Positions 57,016 through 64,000 of a DNA stretch of 64,000 nucleotides are shown one piece after another. The notes under the pieces were generated by a model, which was not told where the DNA came from, did not search any database, and worked only from the letters and a program-made list of their open reading frames with translations. Numbering within the stretch: the stretch's first letter is position 1; the number at the start of each line of letters is the position of its first letter. Source of the stretch: Candidatus Omnitrophota bacterium. GTDB lineage: Bacteria > Omnitrophota > Gorgyraeia > Gygaellales > Profunditerraquicolaceae. Position numbers and translations under genes: made by a program. The stretch covers positions 70,449-134,448 of the forward strand of contig VGKG01000002.1 in NCBI GenBank assembly GCA_016867115.1. Direction: 5' to 3'.

Positions 57016-58416
57016 ATGAAAAATTCCTTACAGAAAAGAATGGATGTCTTTGCTTTGTTCCTGCCGGAGATCAAGGAGTTCCTGCAGGCAAAAGATTTTA
57101 ACGGCCTGAAGGGCTTCTTGAAGAGCATAAACTCCATGGATCTGGCTGAAGGCTGGAAGCACCTTGAGCCGACGGAAAAAATAATCGCCTTCAAGCTCCT
57201 CGGCCCCAAAAAAGCGCTTGAACTTTTTGAAAACCTCAAACTTCACGAGCAGGCCTACATCATGAACAACCTCGATAATGCCGAGGTCTCCCAGATCATC
57301 AATGAGATGGCCCCGGATGTGCGCGCCGACCTTTTCAGGGAACTGCCTAAGCGGCTTTCCAAAAAGTTCCTTCTTCTGATCAGCCGGGAAGAGGCGAAAG
57401 ACTTAAGAAAATTAATGGAATATAAAGAAGGCACTGCCGGCAGCCTTATGACCACCGACTACGTGGAAGTGAAAAAGGATATGTCCGCGCGCCAGGCAGT
57501 TCTTGCCGTCCAGGAATCGCTGAGGGCCGAATACAGGGAGAACGTCTATTCAGTCTATGTCACCGACGAGTTGCACAGGCTGATCGGCCGTATTCCCCTG
57601 CAGGAGCTTTTGAAGGCCCCGCCTGACATGACTATCAGGGATATCATGAGCAGCGTAGACCTGATCAAAATCGACCCCCAGGCCCCTACCGAGGAAGTCA
57701 GCGTGGGGTTTAAGAAATACGACCTTTTAGACGCTCCTGTTGTAGACAGCTCCAATACCCTCCTTGGGATAATCACCGTCGACGATATCGTAGCCACCAT
57801 GGAAAAAGAGACTACCAAGGAGCTGTATGAGATCGGTAAGATGAGCCCCGAAGGCGGCGAGATCATTAGTTACGCCCGGGCTACTGCCTGGGACCTGGTA
57901 AAAAGAAGGGCGGGCTGGCTGATACTGCTGCTTATCTTTGATTTCCTTACCGGGACGGTGTTAAAGAACTTTGAACATGCCTTAAGCACGGTAGTGGCGC
58001 TGGCGTTTTTTATCCCGATGCTCCTTGATACCGGAGGTAATGCCGGGGCCCAGACCTCGATCACCATCATCAGGGGGCTGGCTACGGGAGATGTCACCTT
58101 TAAGAACGTATTCAAGGTGATCAGGCTTGAGTTCAGGGCCGCGTTTGTCATGGCCGTAATCATAGGGGCGGTCGCCTTTGGCAGGGCATTCATACTGCAG
58201 AAGGACTTTGCCTTAAGTATCGTCGTGGGTTCAAGCATGTTTTTTATCGGGATACTGGCTATTGCCACCGGCATCTTCCTGCCGCTTTTTTCAAAACGCA
58301 TCGGGCTTGACCCGGCGGTCCTGGCCGGACCCATCACCACCAGTATAGTCGATGTGGCGGGGCTGATTATGTATTTCAAGATCGCGCAGTTTTTCATACC
58401 CGCCCTCAGGATATAG
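57016..58416 (+). CDS. mgtE: Magnesium transporter MgtE
   Basis: TAGSLMT, CBS pair, GGNAGAQ, DPAVLAGP, VD. Confidence 0.95.
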   Translation: MKNSLQKRMDVFALFLPEIKEFLQAKDFNGLKGFLKSINSMDLAEGWKHLEPTEKIIAFKLLGPKKALELFENLKLHEQAYIMNNLDNAEVSQIINEMAPDVRADLFRELPKRLSKKFLLLISREEAKDLRKLMEYKEGTAGSLMTTDYVEVKKDMSARQAVLAVQESLRAEYRENVYSVYVTDELHRLIGRIPLQELLKAPPDMTIRDIMSSVDLIKIDPQAPTEEVSVGFKKYDLLDAPVVDSSNTLLGIITVDDIVATMEKETTKELYEIGKMSPEGGEIISYARATAWDLVKRRAGWLILLLIFDFLTGTVLKNFEHALSTVVALAFFIPMLLDTGGNAGAQTSITIIRGLATGDVTFKNVFKVIRLEFRAAFVMAVIIGAVAFGRAFILQKDFALSIVVGSSMFFIGILAIATGIFLPLFSKRIGLDPAVLAGPITTSIVDVAGLIMYFKIAQFFIPALRI

Positions 58417-58418
58417 GC

Positions 58419-59249
58419 ATGGAAAAGCTCACCGTAAAAGATGTCGTTTCTTTAAAAAACACCCGCAAACTCACCATGCTTACGGCTTATGATTATCCGC
58501 TGGCTGCGGCGGTCGACTGCTCAGGCATAGATATGATACTGGTCGGAGATTCCCTGGCCAATGTGGTATTGGGACTTGATTCGACCACGAAAGTGGGGAT
58601 GACCGAGATGCTTCACCACGCCAAGGCGGTCACCCGGGCAGTGAAACATTCCCTGGTAGTGGGGGATATGCCTTTTGAGTCTTATCAGCTTAATCCCGAA
58701 GAATCATTGAAGAATGCCCGGCGTTTCATCGAAGAGGCGAAGTGCGACGCGGTGAAGCTGGAGTGGTTCGAGCATTGCCCGGAGGCGGTGGCAAAAATAG
58801 CCGCAGCAGGCATTCCGGTGATGGGGCACATCGGCCTGACCCCCCAGACAGCGGATAAGCTGGGCGGTTTTAAGGTGCAGGGCAAAGATGCCGAAACAGC
58901 CAGGCGCCTGATCGAACAGGCGAAGGAACTGGAAGCAAGGGGCTGTTTTGCCATCGTCCTTGAATGCATACCGGATAAGATCGCAGAGATGATCACCGTG
59001 AGCCTTAAGATCCCCACGATCGGTATCGGCGCCGGCCCTCATTGCGACGGACAGGTGCTGGTGATCCACGATATGCTCGGGCTTTTTGAACGCTACACCC
59101 CGAAGTTCGTGAAGAAGTACGTCGATCTGACTGCCCTGATCCGGAAGGCGATAGAAGAGTATAAGAACGAGGTAATCCAGTCGAAGTTCCCGTCCCGGGA
59201 GCACACCTTCACTATCAAGGAAGAAGAGCTGAAGAAGCTGAAAAAATGA
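58419..59249 (+). CDS. panB: 3-methyl-2-oxobutanoate hydroxymethyltransferase
   Basis: TAYD, LVGDS, DMPF, HIGLTPQ, GIGAG. Confidence 0.97.
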   Translation: MEKLTVKDVVSLKNTRKLTMLTAYDYPLAAAVDCSGIDMILVGDSLANVVLGLDSTTKVGMTEMLHHAKAVTRAVKHSLVVGDMPFESYQLNPEESLKNARRFIEEAKCDAVKLEWFEHCPEAVAKIAAAGIPVMGHIGLTPQTADKLGGFKVQGKDAETARRLIEQAKELEARGCFAIVLECIPDKIAEMITVSLKIPTIGIGAGPHCDGQVLVIHDMLGLFERYTPKFVKKYVDLTALIRKAIEEYKNEVIQSKFPSREHTFTIKEEELKKLKK

Positions 59250-59956
59250 AACTCACCAAATATATCCTTTCTGCGGTACTACTGATCCTGGGTCTCTTTT
59301 TCGTCGGCTTCATCGCAGGGCCGAATATTCTGAGGATGTACATCTCAAGCGGTATGGGAACCTGTGAAAAGAACCCGATATTCTGTGAAACCCCGCTGGA
59401 TGAGATAAATAATCCGGAAATCAACAGGGGTTTCTTAAGCCTGCTGGTCACCGTGAACTTGGTCGATATGCGCATCAGTGTACCTAAGGGTTTTGACGCT
59501 ATCCAGGAAGAGGTGACCAGGGTGTATTATAAGAAAAACAAGCACCTCTTTAAAGGCAACATCGTCTATGTCCTGCGAAAAGAACCGGATTTTCTGGTGG
59601 ACCTCTATCCGGAGCTGAAAAAAGAGGGCGTGACCAGCAATTATATATTCCTGGAACGGACCATGGAGGCGAGATTAAACGAGATACAGGACCTGACCGG
59701 CGCATTCTTTGTGATTATGAAAGGTATCTTTATCCCTGACCTGGGGGATCAGAAGAACCTGAAGATGGTCCGCTTCAGGACCGAGAGGGACAGGGGATTT
59801 ATCAACTACAACCTGGACGCCTCCGGGAACTATTTCGACTGCAATATCGTGCGGGAAAACGGAGAGTTTTTAAAGGTTTACATCCGCGACAGAAGCGCTA
59901 AGCTTGATCTGGAGGAAGTTTTTGCGATCCTTTCCACGCTTACGCCTATTAAGTAA
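59246..59956 (+). CDS. Hypothetical membrane-anchored protein
   Basis: Long ORF, ATGA overlap, N-terminal TM. Confidence 0.65.
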   Translation: MKLTKYILSAVLLILGLFFVGFIAGPNILRMYISSGMGTCEKNPIFCETPLDEINNPEINRGFLSLLVTVNLVDMRISVPKGFDAIQEEVTRVYYKKNKHLFKGNIVYVLRKEPDFLVDLYPELKKEGVTSNYIFLERTMEARLNEIQDLTGAFFVIMKGIFIPDLGDQKNLKMVRFRTERDRGFINYNLDASGNYFDCNIVRENGEFLKVYIRDRSAKLDLEEVFAILSTLTPIK

Positions 59957-59998
59957 ACCCTTGATTTTTAACCCTGTTTGTGATAAAAGTATCCTTCT

Positions 59999-61303
59999 AT
60001 GGCAAATGACTTGATGGATAAGATCGTTTCGCTTTCCAAGCGCCGGGGCTTCATCTTTCAGTCTTCTGAGATCTACGGCGGCTTAAGCAATACCTGGGAT
60101 TACGGGCCTTACGGCGTCGAACTGAAGAATAACGTCAAGCGCGCCTGGTGGCGTTCCTGCGTCTATGCCAGGGACGATATCTTCGGGATGGACGCGGCGA
60201 TCCTCATGCACCCGAAGGTCTGGGAGGCGTCGGGCCATGTGCAGAACTTTTTCGATTTAAAGAGCGATTGCAGGAATTGCAAGAAACGCTTCAAGGAAGC
60301 GGACCTTAAAAGTCAGAAGACCTGCCCCGAGTGCGCGGGAGAACTTACCGAAGCAAGGCCCTTTAACCTGATGTTCAAGACTTACCAGGGCCCCCTTGAA
60401 GAAAAAGGCAACGAGATTTATATGCGGCCCGAGACCGCCCAGGGGATGTTCGTGAACTTTCTGAATATCCTGGATTCAAAGCATCCGAAGCTCCCCTTCG
60501 GCCTGGCGCAGATCGGCAAGGCCTTCCGTAACGAGATCACCCCGGGTAATTTTACTTTCCGCACCCGTGAGTTTGAACAGATGGAGATCGAATATTTCGT
60601 TAAGCCTGCCGAGGCCGACAAGTATTACGACTCCTGGGTCGAGGAGCGTTTTGACTGGTACCTGAACCTCGGCATTACAGGCGCTAACCTGCGCAAGCGC
60701 AAGCATGAGAAAGATGAGCTGGCGCACTACGCCAGGGCCTGCACGGATATCGAATATAATTTCCCTTTCGGATGGTCGGAGCTGGAGGGTATAGCCAACC
60801 GTACGGATTTTGACCTTAAGCAGCATGCCCAATTCAGCGGTGCGGACCTGAAATACTTTGACGACGCGGCAAAAGAGAAATATTTTCCTTATATCATCGA
60901 GCCTTCAGGGGGGGTGGACAGGAGCGTGCTGGCTTTCCTGGTGGATGCCTATCATGAGGAAAAGGTCAAGGATGACATCCGGGTGGTATTGAAACTGCAC
61001 AGGGACCTGGCTCCGGTAAAAGTTGCAGTGCTGCCCTTGTTAAGGAACCGGCCGGAGCTGGTCGAGCTGGCAAGGAAGCTGGCGCAGGACCTGAAAAAAT
61101 CCTTTGTCGCGGTTTACGACGATACGGGCGCCATCGGTAAACTTTACCGCAGGCAGGATGAAGTAGGCACGCTTTTTTGCCTGACCGTCGATGTGCAGTC
61201 GCTTGAGGATAAGCAGGTGACGGTACGCGACCGGGATTCGATGCTTCAGGAGAGAGTTTCGCTGGAGAGGATCAGGGAGTATCTGTTTAACAAGTTGTAT
61301 TAG
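59999..61303 (+). CDS. glyQS: Glycine-tRNA ligase (homodimeric alpha2 type)
   Basis: SEIYGG, RPETAQG, FRNEITP, ELEGIANR, IEPSGG. Confidence 0.96.
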   Translation: MANDLMDKIVSLSKRRGFIFQSSEIYGGLSNTWDYGPYGVELKNNVKRAWWRSCVYARDDIFGMDAAILMHPKVWEASGHVQNFFDLKSDCRNCKKRFKEADLKSQKTCPECAGELTEARPFNLMFKTYQGPLEEKGNEIYMRPETAQGMFVNFLNILDSKHPKLPFGLAQIGKAFRNEITPGNFTFRTREFEQMEIEYFVKPAEADKYYDSWVEERFDWYLNLGITGANLRKRKHEKDELAHYARACTDIEYNFPFGWSELEGIANRTDFDLKQHAQFSGADLKYFDDAAKEKYFPYIIEPSGGVDRSVLAFLVDAYHEEKVKDDIRVVLKLHRDLAPVKVAVLPLLRNRPELVELARKLAQDLKKSFVAVYDDTGAIGKLYRRQDEVGTLFCLTVDVQSLEDKQVTVRDRDSMLQERVSLERIREYLFNKLY

Positions 61304-61379
61304 GAAGAAGCTCCTCGCTTCCCGCTGATTAAAGCGGCTGCTCGGAGTAGTTCTCCAATAATTTAACGGGGGCAAACTG

Positions 61380-64000
61380 ATGGCAAAGAAATACGTTTAC
61401 TCCTTCGGCGGCGGCAAGGCTGACGGTAACGAAACCATGAAAAACCTGCTCGGCGGAAAAGGCGCAAACCTGGCCGAGATGGCCGGGAATAAGGAGCTGA
61501 GACTGCCTGTGCCGCCGGGGTTCACTATCACTACCGAAGTCTGCTCCCATTACTATAAAAACAAGAGAAGTTATCCTTCGGGATTAAAAGAGCAGGTGAA
61601 TAAGGCTCTGCTAAGAGTAGAGGCTTTGATGGGAAGGGAGTTCGGCGATCCCGATAATCCGCTTTTGGTCTCTGTCCGCTCCGGAGCGCGCCGCTCTATG
61701 CCCGGGATGATGGAGACGGTCCTGAATATCGGGCTGACCGAGAAGACTATCCCCGGCCTTGTCAAACAGAGCGGCGGTAATGAGCGTTTTGTTTATGACG
61801 CCTACCGCAGGCTGATCATGATGTATTCAGACGTGGTGATGGAAAAGTCGGCAGGGATAGAGCCTAAGGATGAAGAATCGGGCATACGTAAGCAGCTGGA
61901 AAGAGTCATGGCCCAGATGAAAAAAGAAGAGGGCTACCTCAGCGATACAGACCTCACCACTATCGATCTCAAGAAACTCTGCACTCTGTTCAAACAGAAG
62001 ATAAAAGAGGTGCTGAAGAAGGAGTTCCCGGATGACCCTTACGAGCAGTTGTGGGGCGGGATAGGCGCTGTCTTTTCCTCCTGGCAGGGAAAGCGCGCGG
62101 TAAGCTATCGCCGCATCGAGAGTATCCCCGACGAGTGGGGGACGGCGGTGAATGTGCAGACCATGGTTTTCGGGAATATGGGCAATGATTCCGGAACAGG
62201 TGTCGCCTTTACGCGTAATCCGGGCAACGGAGAGAACAAGTTTTACGGCGAATACCTGATCAACGCCCAGGGCGAAGACGTGGTCGCAGGCATCCGTACT
62301 CCGGCGCCTATCAACGAGTATTCCAAATCCGAGCACAATGAAGAAATGCTCACGCTTGAAAAAGCCATGCCCAGGATCTATCAGGAGCTTTACGGAATTC
62401 AGAAGCGCCTGGAAAAACATTACCACGATATGCAGGATATCGAGTTCACCATTGAAAAAGGAAGGCTCTTTATGCTGCAGTGCCGCGTGGGAAAGCGCAA
62501 CGGCCCGGCAGCAGTGCGCATGGCCATGGATATGTATAAGGAAAAATTGATCAGCAGGGATATGGCGCTGATGCGCGTTACCCCCTCGCAGCTGGATGAA
62601 TTGCTGCATCCGGTCATCGACCCGAAGGCGGAAGCCAGCCAGAGGCCGTTGGCTAAGGGCCTGCCTGCGGGCCCGGGCGGCGCTGCTGGACAGGTGGTCT
62701 TCTCTGCAGCGAGCGCCGTGGAATGGGCAAAGACCGGCAAGAAGGTGATCCTGGTGCGCGAAGAGACGAATCCGGAAGACGTGGAAGGCATGCGCGCGGC
62801 CCAGGCGATCCTCACCGCAAGGGGCGGCATGACTTCGCACGCAGCCCTTGTTGCCCGCGGCTGGGGCAAGTGCTGCGTCGTCGGCTGCGGCGCCCTGCAT
62901 ATCGATTACCATAAAAAAGAGCTGCACGTGGACGGTAAAGACCTGAGGGAGGGCGACTGGATCACCCTAAACGGAACCAAGGGAAATGTCTATGAAGGCA
63001 GGCTGCCGATGATGGACGCTTCCGAAGAGAACAGGATTTTGATGGATTTCCTGAAACTCTGCGGCGCGGTAAAAAAATTAGGCATCCGTACCAACGCCGA
63101 TACGCCTGATGACGCAGCTAAAGCGCGGCAGTTCGGCGCTGAAGGAATCGGGCTTTTCAGGACCGAGCATATGTTCTACGGCAAAGGCTCTGACGAGCCG
63201 CTCTTTATCCTGCGCAAAATGATCCTTTCAAAGACGCTGGAAGAGAGAGAAAAAGCCCTGAATGAGCTCTTTCCGTACGTAAAGAAAGATATCAAGGGAA
63301 CCCTTGCTGCGATGGACGGCTTGCCGGTGGTGGTCAGGCTTCTTGATCCGCCGCTGCATGAGTTTGTGCCCCGCGAGAAAGGTAAGCTTGAAGAGCTGGC
63401 GTCCGACCTGAACATCAGCATAGAGGACCTTGCCCGGCGCGCAGAAGGCCTGCATGAGTCAAACCCGATGATGGGCCACCGCGGAGTGCGCCTCGGAGTG
63501 ACTTATCCCGAGGTAAGCGCGATGCAGATCCGCGCTATCCTTGAAGCAGCGGCAGAGCTGATCAAGGAGGGAAAGAAGCCATATCCGGAGATCATGGTGC
63601 CGGTCGTCTGTTCCGTCAAGGAGCTTATTGACCAGAAGGCGATCTTTGACCGCATATATAAAGAGGTGCTGGCAAAATACGGCCTTAAAACAATCAAGCA
63701 TATGTACGGCACGATGATCGAGATCCCGCGCGCGGCGCTGGTGGCGGATAAACTGGCGCAGGTAGCGCAGTTCTTCTCTTATGGCACGAATGACCTGACC
63801 CAGATGGGGTTCGGATTCTCGCGTGACGATATCGGCGGGTTCCTTCCGGACTATATCAAGAAAGGCATCCTGCCCGAAGATCCTTTTCAGAGCATCGACC
63901 AGGAGGGGATCGGAGAGTTGATCCGGATAGGCATCGAACGCGGCCGCAAGACCAGCAAGGAGCTTGAGATAGGTATCTGCGGAGAGCACGGGGGCGAGCC
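61380..64000 (+). CDS. ppdK: Pyruvate, phosphate dikinase, 3'-partial
   Basis: MAKKYVYSFG, LGGKGANLAEM, SVRSGA, GGMTSHAA, GLFRTEHM, GICGEHGG; runs off the window. Confidence 0.97.
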   Translation, partial: MAKKYVYSFGGGKADGNETMKNLLGGKGANLAEMAGNKELRLPVPPGFTITTEVCSHYYKNKRSYPSGLKEQVNKALLRVEALMGREFGDPDNPLLVSVRSGARRSMPGMMETVLNIGLTEKTIPGLVKQSGGNERFVYDAYRRLIMMYSDVVMEKSAGIEPKDEESGIRKQLERVMAQMKKEEGYLSDTDLTTIDLKKLCTLFKQKIKEVLKKEFPDDPYEQLWGGIGAVFSSWQGKRAVSYRRIESIPDEWGTAVNVQTMVFGNMGNDSGTGVAFTRNPGNGENKFYGEYLINAQGEDVVAGIRTPAPINEYSKSEHNEEMLTLEKAMPRIYQELYGIQKRLEKHYHDMQDIEFTIEKGRLFMLQCRVGKRNGPAAVRMAMDMYKEKLISRDMALMRVTPSQLDELLHPVIDPKAEASQRPLAKGLPAGPGGAAGQVVFSAASAVEWAKTGKKVILVREETNPEDVEGMRAAQAILTARGGMTSHAALVARGWGKCCVVGCGALHIDYHKKELHVDGKDLREGDWITLNGTKGNVYEGRLPMMDASEENRILMDFLKLCGAVKKLGIRTNADTPDDAAKARQFGAEGIGLFRTEHMFYGKGSDEPLFILRKMILSKTLEEREKALNELFPYVKKDIKGTLAAMDGLPVVVRLLDPPLHEFVPREKGKLEELASDLNISIEDLARRAEGLHESNPMMGHRGVRLGVTYPEVSAMQIRAILEAAAELIKEGKKPYPEIMVPVVCSVKELIDQKAIFDRIYKEVLAKYGLKTIKHMYGTMIEIPRAALVADKLAQVAQFFSYGTNDLTQMGFGFSRDDIGGFLPDYIKKGILPEDPFQSIDQEGIGELIRIGIERGRKTSKELEIGICGEHGGE

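Noticed and set aside
61827-62927. 366-aa minus-strand ORF
   Set aside because: Antisense to ppdK, which the track omits only because it runs off the window
1-64000. Prophage, IS transposase or integrase
   Set aside because: No ORF with such motifs; only small scars and repeats are present

Overview
This is a gene-dense, almost entirely + strand segment of a bacterial core chromosome. Gene content suggests an anaerobic PVC-superphylum organism, most likely Ca. Omnitrophota (inference from the Wood-Ljungdahl acs genes, single-domain PilZ genes, TIGR04073-type protein and homodimeric GlyRS). It holds the end of an acs cluster, tilS-ftsH-folP-cdaA-pdxJ-acpS-nnrD, five tRNAs, a thr/lys/Ile biosynthesis block, an AAA+/DUF1257/DUF2997 cassette, valS-nadC-uvrB-coaX, CIRCE-groESL, guaB3-guaA, dnaE, hisS-aspS-phoH-pgpH-ybeY-recO, panE, polX, apbE, mgtE, panB, glyQS and a partial ppdK. 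The most striking locus is 11293-13700. There, tRNA-Thr is followed by an HTH + LAGLIDADG-like ORF that reads through the 5' exon of tRNA-Tyr(GUA) and stops inside a compact 195-nt group I intron that splits the anticodon (35/36). A 4 x 89-bp double-hairpin array comes next, then DUF4349 and tRNA-Gly. The window also shows several families of small repeats: TCCCGCC..GGCGGGA palindromes (one in-frame in thrC), 7/8-mer arrays, and hairpins closed by tandem GA pairs. It also has tRNA 3'-end scars and three small genes missed by the ORF track, including a TM-only CdaR-like peptide. All calls come from reading the sequence; no searches were run.
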